The notes beneath the pieces were generated by a model, which saw only the letters and a program-made list of their open reading frames with translations, ran no database searches and had not been told where the DNA came from. This document shows, piece by piece, positions 11,036 through 20,374 of a DNA stretch of 64,000 nucleotides. The position numbers were made by a program, and so were the translations under genes. The first letter of the stretch is position 1. Each line of letters starts with the position of its first letter. Source of the stretch: an uncultured Phycisphaerales bacterium (GTDB taxonomy: Bacteria; Planctomycetota; Phycisphaerae; Tepidisphaerales; Tepidisphaeraceae); NCBI GenBank assembly GCA_963758525.1, contig CAVWVQ010000003.1, forward strand, positions 2,080,001 through 2,144,000, written 5' to 3'.

Positions 11036-11054
11036 TAGAAAAGCGTTTTGTCAA
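11036..11054 (-). promoter_or_regulatory. TTGACA -35 box overlapping a LacI-type operator-like palindrome
   Basis: Minus strand reads TTGACAAAACGCTTTTCTA, with an AAAnCGnTTT core, in AT-rich DNA upstream of the prepilin gene. Confidence 0.35.
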
Positions 11055-11161
11055 TATTAGGTTAAGCTCACGCCCACGGCCCATTGGAATTGGGACACTA
11101 CTACTTGTGAAAGAGGCACTTGCGCAGATTCACGGTCTTCCCGCCCGGCTGGCGGAGATTT

Positions 11162-12367
11162 CTAAGGCGTATGATCGCCCTTTGCCGCTCGCAAGGGAGT
11201 TGGTCCGAGCAATTCGCGGATCGCTGATACCAGGTTTTCCGCATACCGCTCAACGGAGAAGTCGAGCGCCCTCCGTCGCGCCGCCTGGCCCATCGACCTG
11301 CCCGTTGCAGGGTCGCGCAGATATCGAAGCACAGCGTCGGCCAACGCTGCGGAATCGCCGAAGGGCGTCAGGAAACCATCGACACCCGGCGTAATGATCT
11401 CGGCGGGGCCAAATCCGGAACCGGCGACAATCGGCTTCGCCATCGCCATCCCCTCGATGACGACCAGGCCGAACGGTTCGTTGTCTGAGGCGTGCACGAA
11501 AACATCCATCGCCGAGATCCACTCCGGTATATTGCGCTGCAATCCCGCCATCGTGACCACGTTACTGAGATTCAGCGCATCGATCCGCTGCTGAAGAAAC
11601 GCGGGATAATCCGGTTCGAGATCGTGAACGCCTCCCACGACGACGCAGCGGGCGGCGGGAAATTCCTGCAGGATCGCGGGCATCGCATTGATGAGCACGT
11701 GGATCCCCTTCCACGTCTGCAGACGGCCGACGATTCCGACGATCGGCACGGCAAGCGGCAGACCGAGTTCGCGCCGAGCGTCGTCCTTCGCTGCAACACG
11801 CTCGGGATCAAAGCGGGAAACCTCCACGCCCAGATGCACCGCTCTGACCTGCCTGGCGGGATTGAGAGCCGTCTGGGCCGCGGCAGTGGCGTGCGAGCAT
11901 GCGAGGATGCCCCGGGCGGGAATGGCTGTTGCGCAGCGGTCGAGCCATCCGCGCGGGTCTGGCAGCCCAAGCTGGAACCACATCGCAGGAACCCGGGCCA
12001 ACATTCCCGCGGGACCGCCATAGAGATGCGCCTTGGTCATCCAACTGAACACCAGGTCGAATTTTTCGCGGGAGAGGATTCGAGCGATCTTCAGCACCGC
12101 GGCGAGCATGTGATGGGGTTGGCGAAGACGTCCGGCCGGCACCACCCGCGACTGCACGCCGCACGCAGCGGCGTCAGCGACCATCGGGCCGTCTTCCAGA
12201 AATATCACCGACCACCGGACGCCAAGGCCCTGGCCCGATTTCAACAACTGAAGCAACGCGACTTCCGACCCGCCGCGTTGCTCGGCAAGCGGCATGATGA
12301 TCAGCACCTTGAGATCGCGACCGCCAGATTCCATCAACTCGGCGCCGTACGGCCTTTCTGCATCCAT
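11162..12367 (-). CDS. Glycosyltransferase family 4
   Basis: GGSEVAL, VGRLQTWKGI, EPFGLVVIEGMAMAKP. Confidence 0.92.
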   Translation of the reverse strand: MDAERPYGAELMESGGRDLKVLIIMPLAEQRGGSEVALLQLLKSGQGLGVRWSVIFLEDGPMVADAAACGVQSRVVPAGRLRQPHHMLAAVLKIARILSREKFDLVFSWMTKAHLYGGPAGMLARVPAMWFQLGLPDPRGWLDRCATAIPARGILACSHATAAAQTALNPARQVRAVHLGVEVSRFDPERVAAKDDARRELGLPLAVPIVGIVGRLQTWKGIHVLINAMPAILQEFPAARCVVVGGVHDLEPDYPAFLQQRIDALNLSNVVTMAGLQRNIPEWISAMDVFVHASDNEPFGLVVIEGMAMAKPIVAGSGFGPAEIITPGVDGFLTPFGDSAALADAVLRYLRDPATGRSMGQAARRRALDFSVERYAENLVSAIRELLGPTPLRAAKGDHTP

Positions 12368-12466
12368 CTGCCACTCCCGCCGTGCCCGCCTGAAGGCCTG
12401 TTCAGATCCTGCGCAGTCAGAAATTATTTTGACTCCGCTGCGGCGGCTCGTCCGAAGCGGAAGCCC

Positions 12467-12656
12467 AGATCGAAGTCATAGAGCCGACGAATCCTCGGGT
12501 CAACACGTGCCCGACCGTCTCTGCGCCGCCCCCTCTCCAGGTATTTTCGGGAGATCGAAGTCATAGAGCCGAGAAATCCTCCGGTCAATGCGGTGCATGA
12601 CCATCTCTGCACGCTGCCCCCTCTCCCGGCATTTCCGGGAGAGGGCTGGGGTGAGG
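12467..12656. repeat. Imperfect ~85-bp tandem duplication ending in a CCCTCTCCC-type REP
   Basis: agatcgaagtcatagagccga at 12467 and 12552, with similarity continuing along the whole unit. Confidence 0.75.
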
Positions 12657-12795
12657 CTGATTTCGAACGTAGGGGATCTCTTGGTATTCGCAGGCTCAAA
12701 GCCCGCACGACAACGTGCTGCCCGACCATTCGCCCAGACCCTCCGCGCCCGCTTTTCACTGGCCTTCGCATGCCGCGGCAGATACATTGATTCTC

Positions 12796-13278
12796 GTGCA
12801 AGCTGTCGCGCCCTTGGTTTACTCCCGCTGCACGGTCGTTCAACGCTCTTCGGTTTCCGGTCGATTGCTTGCCTTGGCGATCGCGATCACGTGCGGTGCG
12901 GTGCTGCTGACGGCCGCCCGGCTGACGCCAGATCGTCATGGCTTTGGCACCCATACCGCGCTGGGCTTGCAGCCCTGCGCGTTTCTGGCGCGGACGGGCC
13001 TCCCCTGCCCCGCGTGCGGAATGACCACGAGCTTCGCCTGTTTTGTCCGCGGGCATCTGCTCGATAGTCTATACGTGCAGCCGATGGGAAGCGTCCTGGC
13101 GGCGCTGACCTGCTTCGCCTGGTGGGGCGGGTTGTATATTGCACTCACGGGCAGACCGATTTATCGCTTGCTTTGGGTCATGCCCAGCCGATATTACGTG
13201 GTCCCGCTGGTGTCATGGGGGGTCGTCGCCTGGGCGTGGAAAATTTTCATCCACGTGCGCGGGATCGACGGCTTCTGA
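12796..13278 (+). CDS. DUF2752 family membrane protein (start uncertain)
   Basis: GTHTALGLQPC..TGLPCPACGMTTSF followed by TM helices. Confidence 0.8.
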   Translation: MQAVAPLVYSRCTVVQRSSVSGRLLALAIAITCGAVLLTAARLTPDRHGFGTHTALGLQPCAFLARTGLPCPACGMTTSFACFVRGHLLDSLYVQPMGSVLAALTCFAWWGGLYIALTGRPIYRLLWVMPSRYYVVPLVSWGVVAWAWKIFIHVRGIDGF

Positions 13279-13290
13279 CGAGGGTTCATC

Positions 13291-13977
13291 ATGAAATCGT
13301 TTCGCGCATGCAGGCGCGCCTGCCCGTTTATCACGCTTTTGCTGTTGCTGGGCGGTTGCAACGTCGTCGGCGTGCTCGCCCAGGCGATGCCGCGGGACAA
13401 CATTCCCGCCGCGTATAAGAAGCTGGCCGGGCAGAGCGTTGTGGTTTACGTCTGGGCCGATCGCGGTGTCCGCATCGACTGGCCGGACATTCAATTCAAC
13501 CTTACTAGCGGCGTGCAAAGCAAGCTGCAGCTTGCCCAGAAAGCCGATCCCAAGCTGGCGGAACTGAAAGACACGACATTTCCGCTCGGCGCTGCCTCGG
13601 TCGCGCGGTTTCAGGAAGATCATCCCGAACTGGAGGCGCAGCCCATCAACAGCGTCGCGCCGATGCTCAATGCGTCGCGCGTTGTTTACGTGGAAATCTC
13701 CTCGTTCCAGACGCGCTCGAATGATTCGGTCGAACTATATCGCGGCTCGATCACCGCGATCGTGAAGGTGCTGGAAGTGAAGAACGGTCAGGCGACGACA
13801 GGATTTGAAGATCGCAACGTGGCGGCGGTCTTTCCGCTTAAGAGTCCCGAGGAAGGAGTCGCCGATCTGACCGATGAGGCAGTCTATCAGGGCGTGGTAA
13901 AGGAACTGGCCACCCAGATTGCGATTCGCTTCATCCCCCACGCCGACGCCGATGAACAGGACGAATTGGACAAGTGA
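13291..13977 (+). CDS. Hypothetical lipoprotein
   Basis: Lipobox-like LLLLGGC; operonic with neighbours. Confidence 0.7.
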   Translation: MKSFRACRRACPFITLLLLLGGCNVVGVLAQAMPRDNIPAAYKKLAGQSVVVYVWADRGVRIDWPDIQFNLTSGVQSKLQLAQKADPKLAELKDTTFPLGAASVARFQEDHPELEAQPINSVAPMLNASRVVYVEISSFQTRSNDSVELYRGSITAIVKVLEVKNGQATTGFEDRNVAAVFPLKSPEEGVADLTDEAVYQGVVKELATQIAIRFIPHADADEQDELDK

Positions 13978-14648
13978 ATTTCAAGCGTGATTCAACCTCA
14001 CGTCAGGCGAAACTGACCATCGGCGCAGCGATGCTGCTGCTAATGGCCTGCGCCGGCGGGTGTCAGTACCTGGGCGCGCTGCTCTCGAAGGTGGTTGATG
14101 ATCCGCCGGTTCCCGCGGAGTACGTTCCAACGCGCGAAGAGATGCTGGTGCTGATTGAGGATTCGCACAATCCGGATCTGATCGGAATCATCGGCGACCG
14201 CATGATGAGCGACGTGGCCAAAAATCTCTCGCTGCACAAAGTGGATCAGATTGTCCCCCCGACGAAGCTTTTCGACTTCCGCTCCGCCCACCTGGATCAA
14301 TTTCGGCAGATGTCCATTCTGGCCCTGGCCCATGCGATGGGCGCGCGGCAAGTCCTCTACGTCGACGTCATCAGCTTCAACGTGACCGCGCCAATCGCCA
14401 GCCAAACCGCGAAGGGGGCGATCACCGCCCACGTAAAAGTGATTGACGCACAAACCGGCGAAACCCGCTGGCCCCAGGACGCGGGGCCGAAGATCATCAC
14501 CGTCGAATCACCAACGATGCCGCTCAAGGGCGACGGCTCGCTTGAGCCTCTCAATGACTACATCGTTGACCGCCTCTCGGAACGCATCTCTGAGTTGTTT
14601 TACTCGCATCCCCCGATCACCGACGATCAGTCGGAAGAGAAAAACTGA
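13974..14648 (+). CDS. Hypothetical lipoprotein, probably paralogous to the preceding gene
   Basis: AGGC lipobox; shared VPAEY/IPAAY and A.QVLYVDV/ASRVVYVEI patterns; GTGA overlap. Confidence 0.7.
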   Translation: MNFKRDSTSRQAKLTIGAAMLLLMACAGGCQYLGALLSKVVDDPPVPAEYVPTREEMLVLIEDSHNPDLIGIIGDRMMSDVAKNLSLHKVDQIVPPTKLFDFRSAHLDQFRQMSILALAHAMGARQVLYVDVISFNVTAPIASQTAKGAITAHVKVIDAQTGETRWPQDAGPKIITVESPTMPLKGDGSLEPLNDYIVDRLSERISELFYSHPPITDDQSEEKN

Positions 14649-14687
14649 ACGTCCGATAGCTGGGCGCACCCGTGAACCGCAGACGAA

Positions 14688-14789
14688 GGTTAGCCGCGAC
14701 GCGCAGCGGAGCGCGTATTCGAGCGGTAAACAGCGCAATTTTTACACCTCGCCCACGGATACGCGCTCCGCTGCGCGTCGCGGCTAACC
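14688..14789. repeat. REPIN-like inverted doublet (GGTTAGCCGCGACGCGCAGCGGAGCG)
   Basis: Long inverted arms; second copy at 50713-50817. Confidence 0.85.
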
Positions 14790-14897
14790 TCGGCTAACTT
14801 TAATGCCCTGAGGTCACACAGCATGCGCGCCTCAAGCTTGAGCCCGCTCGCCGTTAAGCTGTTCCCGTGAATGTTCGATAGTGGCTGAGAGGCCACA

Positions 14898-15341
14898 ATG
14901 AATTCAGAATTGCAATCTGCGCCCGAAACCGCCACCGAGGCTGACCGTCGCGAGAGAACGCCTGGCCCCGATCGGCGGCTCGACCGTCTGGATCGCCGCG
15001 CCGGCCTGGAGCGTCGCGCGCAGTCCGCCGACGCCGCCGACTACACCGGGCCGGAGCGACGCGAAGCCCAGGAGCGCCGCGGGAACAGTCTCGAACGCCG
15101 TCGCGGCCCCGGGCGTCGTCTGGCCGACGATCGCAAGAGCGCCGAAGAGGGGGAAATGAACCAATATCAGTTCGAGTTTGTGATGGCGATCCAAACCTAC
15201 AAGAAGGTCAACAAGCGCCTCTATCCAACCTGGACAGAAATACTCGAGATCGTCGAGCAGCTTGGGTACCGCAAGGTTCAGCGCCGTAATTTCAAGCTCC
15301 CGGATTGCCCCGAGCCCCAGTTGCAGACCGATGGCGCATGA
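14898..15341 (+). CDS. Conserved hypothetical protein with (D/E)RR repeats and a YTGPERR motif
   Basis: Arg-rich repeats, then EFVMAIQTYKKVNKRLYPTWTEILEIVEQLGYRK. Confidence 0.7.
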   Translation: MNSELQSAPETATEADRRERTPGPDRRLDRLDRRAGLERRAQSADAADYTGPERREAQERRGNSLERRRGPGRRLADDRKSAEEGEMNQYQFEFVMAIQTYKKVNKRLYPTWTEILEIVEQLGYRKVQRRNFKLPDCPEPQLQTDGA

Positions 15342-15367
15342 ATTGGAGCTCGAAGCGCGGATTTCGC

Positions 15368-16009
15368 GGCGCTGGCCTCGCCCGCAACCCAAATCAAAGA
15401 ATCTGACCGCGGATGAACGCAGGGAAAGAGATTGAACCGCTGATAAACGCCGATGAACGCAGATTGATCAGAGACTTCGTACGACGCGTTTAACGCCCAA
15501 TTGCAAGTTCCCGAAGTTGATCAAGAGGCAAATGTGAAGGCAGGAACCCACTTCCAGCCCATTGGCAACATCCTATGCGCAGTCGGTGTTCTTCTCAGTG
15601 ATTTCATTTAATCTGCGTTCATTTGTGTCACAACCCATTGAGATCTTCGCGCTGCGCAAATTTTCCCGGGCGGGCGATCAGCCAAAAGATCAAGAGCCGC
15701 GAAGACGCGAAGCCGCGAAGACAAACGCGAAGGAAGACAATTCAATTGCACCTGAAACCCGAAGGCGCAATTCCTTGGGCTTCGATCCCGCATTTTTGAT
15801 TTTCTTACCTTCGCGTCTCTCTTCGCGTCTTCGCGTCTTCGCGGCTCTTCGTTTTGGTTGCGGCCGAGCGAAGCGAGGCAGCGCCGGGTTTATCTGCGGT
15901 TCCCTTTCTTCTGTTTGATAAAGCATTCACACCAGCAGCGGCGTCGCCGACAGCATCGTGAAGAAGTGACGACGAATGCTTGGAGTGTAACGTAGAGAAG
16001 GGAGAGGTT
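15368..16009. mobile_element. GxxExxY cassette, copy 2 (non-autonomous; gene internally deleted)
   Basis: Same flanks as 7553-8414; gene remnant 15468-15622 lacks the ~220 bp equivalent to about 7988-8205. Confidence 0.65.
15627..15887 (-). repeat. ~260-bp module, copy 2 (inverted)
   Basis: Reverse complement of 7644-7905 with few differences. Confidence 0.85.
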
Positions 16010-18546
16010 TGCCGGCGCAGCCTGCGCCAAGTCTTATCTGCGCCCGGCTTTGCCCGTGGCGGAATCCGCACCGGCTTTTTCACCACCGCAGCGCCGATTC
16101 CATCTGTTCCCGCCGCGTCGATCGGCGGATCGAGCGGAAGAATCTTCAGCGATACGACATTCGTCGGGCAGACCTCGACGCACTCCCCGTCCAGATCGCA
16201 TTTGTTGAGATGCCGAAGATCGACCAGGGCCTTGCCGTCGATCATGCGCAACACCCCCTTGTCGCAATGGGCGACGCAGACTTCGCACCCGATGCAGTCG
16301 CGCGTGTCGATGTTCAGTGCCACGCGATACATCTGTCCGTCGGCGGGATCTTCACGAACAAAATTCCCGGTGGGGCTGGCGGTTTCGCGGGAATCATTGA
16401 TCTCAAAATCCGCGTCAAGCTGGTCGAAATGGCCGTGTGACTGCACTTGCACCGTCCCGCGGCGGCGCAAACGGTAGACCGGCTGATTGCAGCTCTCGCA
16501 CAGTTGGAGCTGTTCGAGCTTCTCCAGATACTTGATCGTCGTGCTGACGACGGTCGCGTGAGACCAGGTCAGCGGGCTGACGCTCAGCGGCGCGTTCGTG
16601 TATGGATTCACTTGCTCGGCAAGCACGCCGCTTTCCAGCGCGTGGCCTGCCGTCCATTCGAAGATCGGAATCGCGGCTTTGAGCTCGGCGACGCTTTTGG
16701 CGCACGCGATGTAATAGTCAGCCATCCACAGCGTGCAGATAAACCACGGATTTCCCGGGACGGCCGCGATGTCGCTGCTGATCCGATGATAGTAGTCGTT
16801 TTCGTAGCGCGCCACGCCCCCAACGCGTGTCTTGACCCACAGCTTCTGCTCGACGGCCCGCATCGTCGATTCGACGCGCGGATCTTCGACCTCAAAGAGA
16901 TGAAATTTGAAAATCGCCCAGAGCGAAGCATCCACCGTTTCGTCGACTTCAAAAAGCTCGTCGATCGACGGATCGTGGAGCAGCGGATCTTTTTCCTGAT
17001 AATCGCCCGCGTCCGGCGGCTTGGGAACATCCTTCATCACCAGCCGGCGAACAAACCGGCCAAGCTTCTCGCTGTACAGATATTTCGCGGCTCCCTCTTT
17101 TACTTCCTTCGCGGCCCTGGCGTAGATTTCCGCTTTGACGCGGTCGCCAAAGCAGACGGCAAAGTTGTGTGCCGCTTTGAGCCCGCCATAGACCGTTGCC
17201 ACGGTGAACGCATGAACGCCCCACCGCTCCTCCCACAAGTCGTAGCTGGGAAGCGGCAAACCCGTGCGCGGATCGCGGTAACGGACCATGAAATCCGCCG
17301 CCTTCTGCACCAGGTCCACCCACAGCGGGCGGATGAATTCGATGTCGCGATAGCGGAAATAGTGGCGCCACAGCGCCCAGACGACCAGGGCCGTTTCATC
17401 TTCCTGAATCGGCATCGCCCGGTTGCCCTTGAGCACCCACGGATGCCAGCTTGAGGCTGGCGAACCGTCCGGGTTGTACTTGTGATAGAAATAACCCTCG
17501 TCGGTGAGCACGTCGCTGCAGAATTTGTAGAACCATCGCGCGATGTCGGGGAAGCCCGCCATATCGAGTGAATTCGCGACCAGCGCCCCGTCGCGCGGCC
17601 ACATATAGGAATAGGTGTCGCGCGAGAACTGCATGATGTCCGAGTCATTGGCGGCAATGATCGCGCCGCCGTTGTCGATCTGCGTGCGCAGCACCAGCAG
17701 CGAACGCTTGAAGAGCTCGACCACTTTCTGCGGGAGGTTGCCGAAATTGATGTTGGTCCCGCCCGCCCAGAGCCGCCAGTAGCTGCTCGTGCGATCCACC
17801 ACGCCCTGCGGTCCCATCTTCGCCAGCCAGTTGTTGAGTTCGAGCAATTCATCGCGCGACTTGCCCGCCATGATGATCATGTAGACGTTCTGCTCAGCCT
17901 CGGGGGCGAGCGGGACGTGCAGCGAGATGGTTGAATCGACCGAGCCCTGTGCGATCGGGTTGCCCTGCAGATGCCCGTCTTCCGCGTCACGGTAGGTTCC
18001 CTCAGCTCCGTTAAACCCACTTTTCCCCGTCGCATATTCGTCGATGCGCTGTACGGCATCGGCGTGAAACGTGATCATCAAATATCGCTTGGCGCGATAA
18101 TGCACCATGCCATTCAGCTCGGGATCGAAGTAGGCGGTGTCGCCCACTTTCGTGCCAAACATGCTGAAATCGTTGTGATGCATCACCTTGGCGACGCGGG
18201 CGTGCGGAGCAAGATTCTTGATCTTGATCTTGCGGATCAGGATGTTGCGATGGAAATCGACGACGTCGTTGCAGTAGAGCGCCAGCCGAAGCTCGCGATG
18301 ATCGAGGCTGACGCTGGTGGTGAGCGTGTCGCGCAGATACCGCTGCCGGACGTTCCACCCGTCGCAGCTCCACGCCAGCAGCGAGCGCTGCTGCCCCGGA
18401 ACATCGCAGTAGACGCCAAAATGGCACGGCCCAGCGCCGGCGTGATTCTCCTGCCCGACGTGAGGAAAATACAGATCGCGAATCTGGTACTGATGATCGA
18501 AGTTAACGAGCAGTTGCCCGTTGCCGACCGGAATATCTCGTGGCAT
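15805..18546 (-). CDS. Glycoside hydrolase family 15 fused to a C-terminal 2x[4Fe-4S] ferredoxin-like domain (true stop may be earlier)
   Basis: MPRDIPVGNG, YSYMWPRDG, QEDET, YDLWEER, LAEQ..PLTWSHA; then CIGCEVCVAHC and CDLDGECVEVCP. Confidence 0.85.
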   Translation of the reverse strand: MPRDIPVGNGQLLVNFDHQYQIRDLYFPHVGQENHAGAGPCHFGVYCDVPGQQRSLLAWSCDGWNVRQRYLRDTLTTSVSLDHRELRLALYCNDVVDFHRNILIRKIKIKNLAPHARVAKVMHHNDFSMFGTKVGDTAYFDPELNGMVHYRAKRYLMITFHADAVQRIDEYATGKSGFNGAEGTYRDAEDGHLQGNPIAQGSVDSTISLHVPLAPEAEQNVYMIIMAGKSRDELLELNNWLAKMGPQGVVDRTSSYWRLWAGGTNINFGNLPQKVVELFKRSLLVLRTQIDNGGAIIAANDSDIMQFSRDTYSYMWPRDGALVANSLDMAGFPDIARWFYKFCSDVLTDEGYFYHKYNPDGSPASSWHPWVLKGNRAMPIQEDETALVVWALWRHYFRYRDIEFIRPLWVDLVQKAADFMVRYRDPRTGLPLPSYDLWEERWGVHAFTVATVYGGLKAAHNFAVCFGDRVKAEIYARAAKEVKEGAAKYLYSEKLGRFVRRLVMKDVPKPPDAGDYQEKDPLLHDPSIDELFEVDETVDASLWAIFKFHLFEVEDPRVESTMRAVEQKLWVKTRVGGVARYENDYYHRISSDIAAVPGNPWFICTLWMADYYIACAKSVAELKAAIPIFEWTAGHALESGVLAEQVNPYTNAPLSVSPLTWSHATVVSTTIKYLEKLEQLQLCESCNQPVYRLRRRGTVQVQSHGHFDQLDADFEINDSRETASPTGNFVREDPADGQMYRVALNIDTRDCIGCEVCVAHCDKGVLRMIDGKALVDLRHLNKCDLDGECVEVCPTNVVSLKILPLDPPIDAAGTDGIGAAVVKKPVRIPPRAKPGADKTWRRLRRQTSPFSTLHSKHSSSLLHDAVGDAAAGVNALSNRRKGTADKPGAASLRSAATKTKSREDAKTRRETRR

Positions 18547-18662
18547 CAGGAACCTGCCTGCAAGTGCGCACCGTCGTTCGCCACATGGCCCCAAGTTATC
18601 GGGCGCCTTGCCGCTTTGGTTATTGGTATTTCGACCGCTCTTCCCCGCCGACTTGAATCCGT

Positions 18663-20093
18663 CTACACGCGAAGCGTAAACGCTTCCTGCAACTGATCTC
18701 GATAGCGCTCGCGGATCGGCGCCACCACGTCGGCAATAAAACGTGTCACCTGTACCGAAGAGCGTCCGGTGAACGCCGACGGGCTCAATACCTCGTCCCA
18801 CTTGATCCGCGAGAACGCGGGATCACTTCGCAGCCGCGAAATCAGGTCATTCTCCCTGCCGTACATTTTCACCTGCTCGCTGGCGGCCAGTGAGTGATTG
18901 CGAATCACTTCGTGCAGCACCTGACGATCGCCCCCGCCGCGCACGCCCGCCATCAGGATTTCCTCGGTTGCCATAAATGGCAATTCCGCGGCAACCGCGG
19001 CCGCGATGGTCTTTGGATAAACAACCAGCCCGCGCACCACATCGATGACGATCTGCAGGCAACCGTCCAGCGCCAGGAACGCCTCGGGGATGCTCAGCCG
19101 CTTGTTGGCCGAGTCATCCAGCGTCCGCTCGAACCACTGCTCGGCAGCGGTCTGCAACGGCGAGGTCGACAGACTGATGACAAATCGCGCCAGCCCCGTC
19201 GCCCGCTCGCAGCGCATGGGATTGCGTTTGTACGCCATCGCGCTGGAGCCGACTTGCTCTTCCTCGAACGGCTCCTCGATCTGCTTCATGCCCGCCAGGA
19301 GACGAATGTCATTGCAGAATTTATGGACGCTCGCGGCTGCATTGGCCAGGGCGGAGACAATCTGCGCATCAATTTTGCGCGGATACGTCTGCCCCGTAAC
19401 CGCAAAAGACTCGGCGAACCCGAACTTCTGCGTCACCATCCGGTCGAGCCGATCGACCTTGTCATGATCTGAATCGAAGAGCGAGAGAAACGACGCCTGC
19501 GTGCCGGTCGTTCCCTTGACGCCGCGGAAGCGCAGCGTGGCAATGCGATGCTCGATCTCCTCCAGATCGATCGCCAGGTCCTGCGCCCAAAGGCTTGCGC
19601 GCTTGCCGACGGTGGTGAGCTGGGCCGGCTGAAAGTGCGTGTAGCCCAGCGTGGGCAGGTCCTTCCACTTTTGGGCAAATGTCCCCAGCGCGTCAATCGC
19701 GCTGGCAAGACGACCCGCCACGAGTTGCATCCCCTCGCGCATGATGATCAGCTCGGCGTTGTCCACGACGTATTGCGACGTCGCTCCAAGATGAATGATC
19801 CCGCGTGCCGCCGGCGCAATTTCCTCGTACGTCGCGATATGTGCCATCACATCATGCCGTTTGCGCCGCTCCCATTCCGCGGCCTTCGCGAAGTCGATCT
19901 GGTCGACGGCTGCCTCCATCTGCGTCAGCGCCTCTTGCGTGATCCGTGTCAGCCCCAGCTCGCGCTCGCATCGCGCCAATTCCAGCCACAGCCGCCGCCA
20001 AAGGCCGAACTTATGCTGCGGCGAAAACAGCCGCAGCATCTGCGGGCTCGCGTTGCGGGAGACCAGCGGCGATTCGTAAGTGTCATGAGCCAT
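18663..20093 (-). CDS. purB: Adenylosuccinate lyase
   Basis: HDVMAH, IHLGATS, GYTHFQPAQ, GSSAMAYKRNP. Confidence 0.95.
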   Translation of the reverse strand: MAHDTYESPLVSRNASPQMLRLFSPQHKFGLWRRLWLELARCERELGLTRITQEALTQMEAAVDQIDFAKAAEWERRKRHDVMAHIATYEEIAPAARGIIHLGATSQYVVDNAELIIMREGMQLVAGRLASAIDALGTFAQKWKDLPTLGYTHFQPAQLTTVGKRASLWAQDLAIDLEEIEHRIATLRFRGVKGTTGTQASFLSLFDSDHDKVDRLDRMVTQKFGFAESFAVTGQTYPRKIDAQIVSALANAAASVHKFCNDIRLLAGMKQIEEPFEEEQVGSSAMAYKRNPMRCERATGLARFVISLSTSPLQTAAEQWFERTLDDSANKRLSIPEAFLALDGCLQIVIDVVRGLVVYPKTIAAAVAAELPFMATEEILMAGVRGGGDRQVLHEVIRNHSLAASEQVKMYGRENDLISRLRSDPAFSRIKWDEVLSPSAFTGRSSVQVTRFIADVVAPIRERYRDQLQEAFTLRV

Positions 20094-20103
20094 GAAATCG
20101 ATC

Positions 20104-20263
20104 CCCGTGGCATAGGCTTCCGGTCCATGCTGGCGGCGTGGTAGCGAATAAAATCAGATCGCTCAGCATGGACTCACCAAACAGTTTCGCGAAGAGAATG
20201 AGGAGCCGCGGCTGCGCGTAATTTATCGCGCAACGAACATGGGCTGGAAGCCCATGCCACGGG
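20104..20263. repeat. Inverted REP pair of CCGTGGCATGGGC type
   Basis: cccgtggcataggcttcc...gaagcccatgccacgggg; related motifs at 23858-23953 and 45952-45994. Confidence 0.65.
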
Positions 20264-20374
20264 GAAGGCATCTTTTATCAGAAATTCCCGGCGTTCAGAA
20301 TGGCGCGCTGGTGGTGAACGGTCAGGGTACGCGAATTCCCGGGGCACCTGTTCGCGGCGATGCCCGCCCTTGCC

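Noticed and set aside
12467..12640. Two ~36-bp direct repeats 85 bp apart suggesting a mini-CRISPR
   Set aside because: The supposed spacers are also similar to each other, so it is a tandem duplication. There are only two units and no cas genes.
15805..18801. 998-aa length of the GH15 ORF
   Set aside because: The first 85 codons overlap purB and intergenic DNA, and the last ~70 run through a repeat cassette. The real start is 18546.
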